Of a stretch of 32,000 nt of DNA, positions 17,950 through 26,100 are shown one piece after another (positions within the stretch are counted from its first letter, which is position 1; the number at the start of each line of letters is the position of its first letter). The notes below the pieces were generated by a model. It worked only from the letters and a program-made list of their open reading frames with translations. It was not told the DNA's origin and did no database searches. This DNA is from Candidatus Anaerobutyricum avicola (lineage in GTDB: Bacteria; Bacillota; Clostridia; Lachnospirales; Lachnospiraceae), in contig DXGQ01000017.1 in assembly GCA_019113845.1 (NCBI GenBank), positions 36,608-68,607 of the forward strand, in the 5' to 3' direction. Both the position numbers and the translations under genes were made by a program.

Positions 17950-19026
17950 ATGGCCGAATATTACAGGATACTCTCGTATTTATATCGTTATGATAAAAAG
18001 AAAAAAATGGATTGCAAAGGATTTATCAAAGCGGAACAAAAACAAAACGGACTGAAGATCACTTTGCAGATTGACGATGAGAGACTTCTGGAAGAGATCA
18101 GGCTGGCGCTCTGTTTTTATGGAAAAGAAGAAAATGAAAAAGGGGAGACCCGCTGGAAGATGCGGCAGCTGGCTGTTCTGGAGTCCTCGCGGCACCACGA
18201 AGAAACCGTGCTGTTTTATCCGGCGGAAGAGCTGCCGGAAAGATTTGATATAAGAAAACAATATGGCGTCATTCTCTTTTATCAGGATGCCTTTTTCTAT
18301 GGGAGCGTATGGATTGGCGACGAGATCCCGGTGGAGGCGCTGCTGGCGGCATATCAGGAAGAAGTCGCTTCTGAAAATACGGAACACTCCGGGAATACGC
18401 AGAATATCTCGCAGGAGGAGGAAGAAGCGCTGGAATCCAGGCGGGAGCCGGAGGCTGAGGAAAGAAAGGCAGAGGCGACTTCGGAATCCAGGCCGGGATC
18501 GGAGATTGAGGAAAAGGCAGAGAACCCGAAATTCAGGCGGGAGCCGGATTTTGAGCGTTTTCCGGCAGAAAATAGACAAAAAGAAGGGCAGCGCATCGCA
18601 GATGAGAAAGAAAATCCGGACTCAGAACGACCGGAACAAAATATATCCACAGAGACGGGAGATCTTCTGAGAAATATGTGGATAGACACAGAGAAAAAAG
18701 CGAAGCCTGTGGATAACATTTTTAATCCGGCTTTCCGCAGCGGCTATCAGATATCTGTGGAACAGCTGGAGGATCTGAGCCCGGAGGCAAAGGAACTGTC
18801 TGACAATCAGTTTCTGGCAAAGGGATATGCCATGTATCATCATCTGCTGGCGGGGAAGGTCATCTATGCCGGGGAGGAGAGATACTGTGTCGGGGTGCCG
18901 GGTATTTATGAGAATCGAGAACGGTATATGGCGCAGTTATATCAGTTTCCGGTATTCTTATCGCTGACGGAAAACCGGATCAAGACAGGCGGATTTGGGT
19001 ATTGGCTGCATTTGCTGCAGGAATAA
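17950..19026 (+). CDS. Hypothetical protein, 358 aa, structured N- and C-terminal domains joined by a Glu/Arg-rich repeat linker
   Basis: AAAAAGGAG precedes the ATG at 17950. Coding-like composition runs throughout. The C-terminus ...RYCVGVPGIYENRERYMAQLYQFPVFL...GGFGYWLHLL looks like a conserved domain, but I cannot name it. Confidence 0.7.
   Translation: MAEYYRILSYLYRYDKKKKMDCKGFIKAEQKQNGLKITLQIDDERLLEEIRLALCFYGKEENEKGETRWKMRQLAVLESSRHHEETVLFYPAEELPERFDIRKQYGVILFYQDAFFYGSVWIGDEIPVEALLAAYQEEVASENTEHSGNTQNISQEEEEALESRREPEAEERKAEATSESRPGSEIEEKAENPKFRREPDFERFPAENRQKEGQRIADEKENPDSERPEQNISTETGDLLRNMWIDTEKKAKPVDNIFNPAFRSGYQISVEQLEDLSPEAKELSDNQFLAKGYAMYHHLLAGKVIYAGEERYCVGVPGIYENRERYMAQLYQFPVFLSLTENRIKTGGFGYWLHLLQE
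18433..18560 (+). repeat. Imperfect in-frame tandem repeat (about 45-51 nt, three units) inside the 17950 gene
   Basis: GAATCCAGGCGGGAGCCGGAGGCTGAGGAAAGAAAGGCAGAG (18433-) recurs as GAATCCAGGCCGGGATCGGAGATTGAGGAAAAGGCAGAG (18484-) and as TTCAGGCGGGAGCCGGATTTTGAG (18532-). These encode ESRREPEAEERKAEATS / ESRPGSEIEEKAENPK / FRREPDFERF. Confidence 0.75.
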
Positions 19027-19136
19027 ACTGTGGAAGAGCCGTATGACCGGCGGAAAGGTGTGGAAGAAACTGCGGAGAAAAAAACGTGTAAACCGTATCT
19101 GCCGCAGGAACGAGAGAAAGGATGGTCTGTCGGAAG

Positions 19137-19643
19137 ATGAGAAAATATACGGAAGATGAGAGATTTATGAAAGAAGCCATCCGTCAGGCAAAAAAGGCGG
19201 AAGCCATCGGCGACGTGCCCATCGGCTGTGTCATTGTCTGTGACGGAAAGATCATTGCCAGAGGGTACAATAAGAGAAATAAAAATAAGACGGTGCTTGC
19301 CCACGCGGAACTGCTTGCCATGAGCAAAGCGTGTAAGAAAACAGGAGACTGGCGTCTCGAGGACTGCACTATGTACATCACGCTGGAGCCCTGTCAGATG
19401 TGCGCCGGAGCGATCGTGCAGGCGCGGATACCGCGGGTGGTCATCGGAAGCATGAATCCGAAAGCGGGCTGTGGGGGTTCCATACTGAATCTTCTGCAGA
19501 TGAAAGAATTCAATCATCAGGTGGAAGTTACCCGGGGCGTTCTGGAAGAAGAGTGTTCCGGGATGCTGTCTGATTTTTTCCGTGTCCTCCGTCAAAAAAG
19601 AAAAGAGAGAAAAAAAGAGCTGCAGAGAAAAGAAATGGATTGA
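19137..19643 (+). CDS. tadA: tRNA adenosine(34) deaminase
   Basis: FMKEAIRQAKKAEAIGDVPIGCVIV, the zinc ligands AHAELLA and LEPCQMCAGA are present. The start is uncertain (19122, 19137 or 19167). 19137 gives an N-terminus of the usual length. Confidence 0.88.
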   Translation: MRKYTEDERFMKEAIRQAKKAEAIGDVPIGCVIVCDGKIIARGYNKRNKNKTVLAHAELLAMSKACKKTGDWRLEDCTMYITLEPCQMCAGAIVQARIPRVVIGSMNPKAGCGGSILNLLQMKEFNHQVEVTRGVLEEECSGMLSDFFRVLRQKRKERKKELQRKEMD

Positions 19644-19668
19644 CAGATATTTTAAAATCATTTATACT
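19640..19668 (+). promoter_or_regulatory. Near-consensus sigma-A promoter of the SRP RNA gene
   Basis: TTGACA (19640-19645, overlapping the tadA stop codon), a 17-nt spacer, then TATACT (19663-19668). The mature RNA helix starts about 5 nt downstream. Confidence 0.75.
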
Positions 19669-19670
19669 GG

Positions 19671-19946
19671 TACTTACCGTGCAGCTGGGGAAGTAGCGGC
19701 GTCCTGTACCTGCAATCCGCTATAGCAGGAGTGATGGTTGGCCCCGGACGTATTGTGGATGGAGCTGCCCTTTATAAGTGGTGTTGACAATTGGGTCTCG
19801 CGCAACAGGAACCTCTGAACCGTGTCAGGTCGGGAACGAAGCAGCACTAAGGAGTGCTTTCTGTGTGCCGTGAGGGTGCCTGGTTCGAGCTAACTGTAGA
19901 GGTAACGTCTGTTGACAGTCGTACAAAGCCAACCGCACGGTAAGAG
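19671..19946 (+). ncRNA. ffs: Signal recognition particle RNA, long Bacillus/Clostridium type with Alu domain (scRNA)
   Basis: The domain IV core CCGTGTCAGGTCGGGAACGAAGCAGCACTAAGG lies at about 19820-19852. The Alu-domain 5' part GGGGAAGTAGCGGCGTCCTGTACCTGCAATCCGCTATAGCAGG is nearly identical in pattern to B. subtilis scRNA. The terminal helix pairs CTTACCGTGC (19673-19682) with GCACGGTAAG (19935-19944). The tadA-scr synteny matches B. subtilis. Confidence 0.95.
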
Positions 19947-19974
19947 ACAGATATAAAGATTTAAGATATGGTCG

Positions 19975-20001
19975 AAGACATCCGGTGGGATGTCTTTTTT
20001 T
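19975..20001 (+). terminator. Intrinsic terminator after SRP RNA
   Basis: AAGACATCC (19975-19983) and GGATGTCTT (19988-19996) are separated by the loop GGTG. A T run follows, through 20001. Confidence 0.85.
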
Positions 20002-20017
20002 CTTCTCAAACTTTTTC

Positions 20018-20046
20018 TTGAAATCCCCAGTGGCGTTTGCTATAAT
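20018..20046 (+). promoter_or_regulatory. Sigma-A promoter driving the structured leader and lysK
   Basis: TTGAAA (20018-20023), a 17-nt spacer, then TATAAT (20041-20046). Confidence 0.7.
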
Positions 20047-20073
20047 GACTTATTGGCTGTGAGCCGCTTATTA

Positions 20074-20209
20074 CTTATAGGAAATTCCGTTGGAATTCCT
20101 ATAAGATAAAAATCCCTCCGGGAGGGATGCGCACTCGCGCGAAACAGAATTTTGTCGCTAAAGCGACCGCGCTCGGCGCGAGAGTTCTGTCGGGCAGAAC
20201 TCTTTTTTT
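20074..20209 (+). promoter_or_regulatory. Multi-hairpin leader element ending in an intrinsic terminator (copy X of a repeat family); probable attenuator of lysK
   Basis: H1 is a 14-bp bulged stem at 20074-20105. H2 is ATCCCTC-CGG-GAGGGAT at 20112-20128. The helix CTCGCGC (20134-20140) / GCGCGAG (20176-20182) encloses GTCGC-TAAA-GCGAC (20154-20167). The terminator is GAGTTCTG (20182-20189) / CAGAACTC (20195-20202) plus T7. The element is colinear with those at 31267-31391 and 31867-31963. Confidence 0.6.
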
Positions 20210-20312
20210 GAGGTTCCCAGAGACTGGTATGCAGACCAGTCGGTATTATTTACTGAAAAATGACCGTGTCGGTACACGGGAAAGATATGTTGTATCTATA
20301 GGAGGAAGAGGA

Positions 20313-22358
20313 ATGCATTGGTCTGAGAAGATTGCAAAAGATATCATTAAGAGATCTCCGGACAAGGAAGAGTATGTCTGCGCAGCAGGTATCAGCCCAT
20401 CGGGATCGATTCACATTGGTAATTTCAGAGATATAGCTACCAGCTATTTTGTATATAAAGCACTTTTGAAACAGGGAAAAAAGGCGAGACTGTTATTCTC
20501 CTGGGATGAGTTCGACCGTCTTCGTAAGGTTCCGGTAAATGTGAAAGAGATTGCGCCGGAGCTTGAGGAAGATATCGGTAAACCGTATGTGGATGTGAAG
20601 GACCCGTATGGCTGCTGCGGTTCTTATGCGGAGCATTTTGAGAAAGAGTTTGAGAAGTCTCTGGCACGTTTCGGCATCAAGGTGGACTTCCGGAGACAGA
20701 GTGAGAATTACAGAAGCGGCAAATATGCAAAATATGTGATCCAGGCGATCCAGAAGAGAAAAGAGATCTTTGATATCCTTGATAAGTTCCGTCAGCAGGA
20801 GGCGACGCCGGAGGAGAGAGAGGCTTACTATCCGGTGAGCATTTACTGTCCGGTCTGCGGCAAGGATGATACGACGATCACTTCTTCTTCCGAGGACGGC
20901 GTGACCTGCGAGTACACCTGTAAATGCGGTCACAGCGGACACTGGGATTTCAGCAAGGATTTCAACTGCAAGCTGGCATGGAAGATTGACTGGCCGATGC
21001 GCTGGATGGTGGAGGGCGTTGACTTTGAGCCGGGCGGAAAGGATCATGCAAGCCCGGGAGGAAGTTACGATACCAGCAAGATTATCGCCAAAAAGGTGTT
21101 TGGCATCAATGCGCCGATGTTTAAGGGATATGAGTTTATCGGAATCAAGGGCACGACCGGTAAGATGTCCGGTTCTACAGGTCTTAACCTGACGCCGGAG
21201 ACGCTGCTCAAGATTTATCAGCCGGAAGTGATCCTGTGGCTTTACTCCAAGTCTGAGCCAAACAAAGCATTTGACTTCTGCTTTGACGATGAGATCCTTC
21301 GTCAGTACTTTGAGTTTGACAAGATGTTAAAGACTTACCAGGCTGGCAAAGGGAAGAACTTTGATTATATCGAAGGTATCATGTACAACTGTATGATCGA
21401 GGGAAGAACCGTACATCCGGTGCCGATGCAGCAGATCGTAAACTTCGGTTCCGTGGTGGACTTCAATGCGGACATGCTTGAGACAGTCTTTGAAAAGATC
21501 GGTACCCCATATAAGAAGGAAGAGTTTGCGGAGCGTCTGGAGCTGGCAAAATACTGGCTGGAGAAGTGTGCGCCGCAGAACATGAACACCCTTCTCGGAT
21601 ACCGCAACTGGGATTACTATAATACATTAAATGAGGTGGAGAAAAAAGAGATTGCACTGCTTCACGATTATATCGCGAAAGGCGAATACGACCTCGATTC
21701 TCTGAATACATTTATTTACTCTGTTCCAAGAGAGGCGGACCCGAATTTCGATGAGGAGAACAAGAAAGCGATTCAGGCGAACTTCTTCAAAAACGCCTAC
21801 AATCTGATGATCGGCAAGGCGGCAGGACCGAGACTGTACCTGTTCCTCTACGCTGTGGAGCCGGAGAGATATCTCTCCTTACTGGACTTCTCCACACCGC
21901 AGACGGAGGAGGAGAAAGAGCTCGCAGCCGCAGCGAAAGCTGAGGCAGAGCGAATCGCAGCCGAAGAAGCAGCAGCCGCAGCGGCGGCAGCCGAGGAGGA
22001 AGCCCGTCGGGCATCCATCGCCCCGGTAAAACCGCAGATCACCATCGACGACTTTGACAAGATGGATATGCGTGTCTGCAAGGTCACTGCCTGTGAGATC
22101 GTAAAGAATGCGGAGAAGCTGTTAAAGATCACACTGTTTGACGGTCTGGGAGAGAGAATCATCGTATCCTCCATCCGTGACGAATATACACCGGAAGAGC
22201 TGATCGGACGGAAGATCATCGTTCTTGCCAACTTGAAACCGGCGAAGTTTGCCGGCGTAAAGAGCAACGGCATGCTTCTGGCTGCCACTCACGACGACTG
22301 CGGCTGCAAGCTGATCTTTGTGGACGACAGCGTGCCGGAGGGAACAGCGATCCACTAA
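20313..22358 (+). CDS. lysK: Class I lysine--tRNA ligase fused to a C-terminal Trbp111/EMAPII-like tRNA-binding domain
   Basis: GISPSGSIHIGNFRD (HIGH) and TTGKMSGSTG (KMSKS-like) are present, with overall class-I LysRS character. An Ala/Glu-rich linker (about 21900-22010) precedes the OB domain FDKMDMRVCKVTACE...LANLKPAKFAGVKSNGMLL. The start is re-set to the ATG at 20313, 6 nt after GGAGGAAGAGGA. The ORF-track extension back to 20127 covers the leader RNA. Confidence 0.9.
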   Translation: MHWSEKIAKDIIKRSPDKEEYVCAAGISPSGSIHIGNFRDIATSYFVYKALLKQGKKARLLFSWDEFDRLRKVPVNVKEIAPELEEDIGKPYVDVKDPYGCCGSYAEHFEKEFEKSLARFGIKVDFRRQSENYRSGKYAKYVIQAIQKRKEIFDILDKFRQQEATPEEREAYYPVSIYCPVCGKDDTTITSSSEDGVTCEYTCKCGHSGHWDFSKDFNCKLAWKIDWPMRWMVEGVDFEPGGKDHASPGGSYDTSKIIAKKVFGINAPMFKGYEFIGIKGTTGKMSGSTGLNLTPETLLKIYQPEVILWLYSKSEPNKAFDFCFDDEILRQYFEFDKMLKTYQAGKGKNFDYIEGIMYNCMIEGRTVHPVPMQQIVNFGSVVDFNADMLETVFEKIGTPYKKEEFAERLELAKYWLEKCAPQNMNTLLGYRNWDYYNTLNEVEKKEIALLHDYIAKGEYDLDSLNTFIYSVPREADPNFDEENKKAIQANFFKNAYNLMIGKAAGPRLYLFLYAVEPERYLSLLDFSTPQTEEEKELAAAAKAEAERIAAEEAAAAAAAAEEEARRASIAPVKPQITIDDFDKMDMRVCKVTACEIVKNAEKLLKITLFDGLGERIIVSSIRDEYTPEELIGRKIIVLANLKPAKFAGVKSNGMLLAATHDDCGCKLIFVDDSVPEGTAIH

Positions 22359-22405
22359 AAGAAAAGGAACAACGCTGTACAGAAAACAACGGATAAGATA
22401 TAATA

Positions 22406-22449
22406 AGCGCATGGACAACGAAAGGAAATAATTGTCTGTGCGCTTTTTA
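22406..22449 (+). terminator. Intrinsic terminator after lysK
   Basis: AGCGCA..GACAA (22406-) pairs with TTGTC..TGCGCT (-22444), with a symmetric internal loop. TTTTTAT follows. Confidence 0.6.
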
Positions 22450-22479
22450 TAGTTTATAGAAAAAGAGGAGAATATACAT

Positions 22480-23121
22480 ATGAAAGCATTAATTTTTGAC
22501 CTGGGCATGGTGCTGATTCATTTTCGGTGGAGAGATTTCCTCACGGATATGGGATATGAAGGGGAGAAAAAAGAGGGACTTGCGAGAGCAATGTTTCAGA
22601 ATCCTTTGTGGACGGAGTTCGACCGGGGCGTGATGGGGGATGAGAACGTCATCGCGCAGATGCAGCTGGAATCGCCGCAGTACGCGGAAGATATCGAGCG
22701 CATCTGGCAGAAGGAGAATTTCGTTAATATCTGCCATCCTTTTGATTATTCGGAGGAGCTGATCCGCACGCTCCATGAGATGGGATATAAGATTTATGTG
22801 CTGTCCAACTATGGAAAGACATTGTTGGGACTTAACCGTACGAAATATACATTTTTAAACTATGTGGATGGAGGCGTCTTCTCCTGTGATGTAAAACTGT
22901 TAAAGCAGGATGATGCGATTTATCAGGAACTCATTGAGAAGTACGGTATTGACCCGGAAAATGCAGTCTTCTTTGATGATCTGGAAGCAAACTGCGAGGG
23001 CGCCCGCCGGGCGGGTATCACTGCCGTGCAGGTGACCGACGGACTTCGCTCTATCCTGGATGGTCTGAGAGAAGAGTGCGGGGTCGAACTGCCGGCGATG
23101 GAGAGATATCTGAAAGATTAG
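22480..23121 (+). CDS. HAD-superfamily hydrolase (subfamily IA-like)
   Basis: Motif I is MKALIFDLGMVLI (DxG). Motif II is LSNYG. Motif III/IV is FFDDLEAN. AGAGGAG lies 9 nt upstream of the ATG. Confidence 0.8.
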   Translation: MKALIFDLGMVLIHFRWRDFLTDMGYEGEKKEGLARAMFQNPLWTEFDRGVMGDENVIAQMQLESPQYAEDIERIWQKENFVNICHPFDYSEELIRTLHEMGYKIYVLSNYGKTLLGLNRTKYTFLNYVDGGVFSCDVKLLKQDDAIYQELIEKYGIDPENAVFFDDLEANCEGARRAGITAVQVTDGLRSILDGLREECGVELPAMERYLKD

Positions 23122-23141
23122 TAAACAACGGAGAATCAACA

Positions 23142-26100
23142 ATGAAAAAATTAGTATTAGCAGAGAAGCCCTCGGTGGCAAGAGATATCGCCCGGGTGCT
23201 TGGCTGCAAAAAGCAGACGAAAAATTATATCGAAGGTGATAAATATGTAGTCACCTGGGGGCTGGGGCATCTGGTGACGCTGGCGGACCCGGAGGGTTAT
23301 GATAAGAAGCTTAAGACCTGGAGGATGGAAGATCTGCCTATGATGCCGGAGCACCTGAAACTGGTGGTGATTCCGCAGACGAGGGGGCAGTTTCAGGCGG
23401 TGAAGAATCAGATGGAGCGCAAAGACATTTCCGAGGTGATCATCGCCACGGACGCCGGACGGGAAGGCGAGCTGGTGGCGCGGTGGATCATCGTTAAGGC
23501 AGGCTGTAAGAAGCCCCTTCGCCGTCTGTGGATTTCCTCGGTGACAGATAAGGCCATCCGGGAGGGATTTGCGCATCTTAAGGATGCGAAGGAGTACGAG
23601 AATCTGTACCGGGCGGCGGTGGCAAGAGCGGAAGCGGACTGGCTGGTGGGGATCAACGCCACTCGCGCGCTCACCTGCAAGTATAACGCGCAGCTTTCCT
23701 GCGGCCGGGTGCAGACGCCGACGCTCGCCATGATCGCGGCGCGGGAGGAAGAGATCCGGCATTTTGTTCCAAAGCCATATTACGGGCTGCAGGCAAACTG
23801 GAAAGGCGTCACATTTACATGGAAGGAGCGGGGCAGCGGAAGTTCTTCTGTCTTTTCCAAAGAGTCAAGGGACCGGGCGTATGACCGGGCAAAAAATGCG
23901 GCAGGCAGGGTGGTTTCTGTCAAAAAGATGAAGAAGACTTCGCATCTGGACGGATTATATGATCTGACGACCTTGCAGAGAGACGCCAATCAGCGGTTTG
24001 GTTTCTCTGCCAAGCAGACGCTGAACCTGATGCAGAGTCTTTACGAGCATCATAAAGTTCTGACTTATCCGAGAACCGATTCCCGGTACTTAACCACAGA
24101 TGTGGCGGAGACGCTTCGTGAGAGGGTGTCGGCGGTGGCGGTGGGACCGTACCGCGTCTATGCCAACAGTATTTTAAAGGGGAAGATCAAGACAGGGCCT
24201 TCCTTTGTCAACAATAAGAAGGTTTCCGATCATCACGCAATCATTCCGACGGAGCAGCCGGTCATTCTGGCACAGCTTTCCGTAGATGAGAGAAAGATTT
24301 TTGATCTGGTGGCGCGGCGTTTTCTGGCGATGCTGTATCCGGCTTATGAATATGAGCAGACGGCGGTGACGGTGGACTGCGGAGGAGAAACCTTTGAGGT
24401 GAAAGGAAATGTACCTCTGCGTCTGGGGTTTAAGGAAGTGCTCACCGATCAGGATAGCGAGGCGGAACGGGTCCTTCCGGCGTGGACGGAGGGGGAAAGT
24501 CTCGGAACTCCGGTCTTGAAAGCGACGGAAGGCAAGACGAAGCCACCGGCGAGATTTACGGAAGGAACACTTCTGCAGGCCATGGAAAATCCGGTGAAAT
24601 ATATGCAGAGCAAAGATAAAACTGCGGCAAAAACGCTTCAGGAAACCGGAGGGCTTGGAACGGTGGCTACCCGGGCGGATATCATTGATAAGCTGTTCCG
24701 TTCTTTCCTCATTGAGAAGAAAGAAAATGAGATTCAACTGACGGGCAAGGCGAAGCAGCTTTTGCAGCTGGTGCCGGAAGATTTAAAGAAGCCGGAGCTT
24801 ACCGCCCAGTGGGAGATGAAGCTTAACGGTATAGCCAACGGGAAGCTCAGACAGAGTACGTTCATGAAAGAAATCCGCCATTATGCCACGGATCTGACAG
24901 AAGAGATCAAAGGCGGGGAAGGGACTTTCCGCCATGATAATCTGACCAACAAGCATTGTCCGCAGTGTGGAAAACGACTGCTGGCTGTGAATGGCAAACA
25001 GGGAAAACTGCTCGTGTGTCAGGACAGAGAATGCGGTTACCGGGAGCGGGTTTCCCGTCTTACCAACGCCCGCTGTCCGGTCTGTCATAAACGGATGGAA
25101 CTCATCGGCCAGAAAGAGAATCAGAAGTTTGTCTGCGTCTGCGGACATAAGGAGTCGATGAAAGCCTTTGAGGAGCGGCGCAAGCGGGAAGGCGCCGGTG
25201 TATCAAAAAGGGATGTACAAAACTATATGAAAAAGATGAAAAAAGAAGAAAAACAGCCGGTCAATAATGCGCTGGCGGACGCCCTTGCCAATATCAAGCT
25301 GTGTCTTCTGCTCGTATTTGGCGTGCTGTCGCTGATGACGATAAGCGTGGATGCGTCGGCGGCCGGGGAAACCGGCGTGACGAGTGAGGCAGAAGAAATC
25401 TCTGCGTCTGCACAGAAAAGAAACGCCGCCGGCAGGCAGATTGCCAGTATGTTTCCGACAGATATGGATGTGCGGCCGGTGACGGCGCATTCCATCAAGT
25501 ATGATACCGTGAATGTATACAGTGACGCCGTGCTCACCCAGCAGGCGGGACAGGTGGAGGGAGGCAGACTGCGCCTTACCGCTTACCGGGTGGAAGGCAA
25601 GGCAATCTATGGCGATTATGTGAGCGGGGATATGCAGGGAAGCGGCTGGTTTTCTGTTGACACCTTTGTGGAAAATCCGGACTATGAGCCGGTGTACGCG
25701 CTGGCGAGGGACCGTATGTACGCCTACACGGACAGCAGTTTTGATGAAGTGCGGGGTAAGATAAAAAAATACACCGGAGTCATCGTGGTGAGCCGGGAAG
25801 GTGGAAACCGACAGGTGATTTTTGAGACAAATGACGGCTATGAGATCGGCTGGATGACCAGCGACGCTTTTTCCAACTGCCTGCTCTATGACGGAAGGGA
25901 GAAGCAGGTTCTTTCTGACGGAACCTATCTGTTCCGGTGCGGGTACACGGAGGATGCGGACGGCGGCGCAGAGATCGCGAACCAGACAGGATTGACGGAT
26001 TATGACAGTTACACGATGGAACTGATCTATGTTTCTGATAATGATTATTTTGTAAAGAATCAGGAGACCGGTCAGTATCTTTCCGCCGGAAAGACCGGGA

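Noticed and set aside
20127-20312. 62-codon N-terminal extension of the lysK ORF (MRTRAKQNFVAKATALGARVL...)
   Set aside because: The extension runs through the hairpins and the T7 terminator of the leader and has no SD. The LysRS homology begins only at the ATG at 20313, which has a strong GGAGGA.
20047-20312. T-box or lysine (L-box) riboswitch upstream of lysK
   Set aside because: I could not find the GGUGGNACCGCG T-box sequence; only GACCGCG is present at 20165-20171. I also found no GA/K-turn, specifier loop, AG bay or distal-loop motifs, and no L-box core. The region is kept as an unknown leader rather than called a T-box. A covariance-model scan would be decisive.
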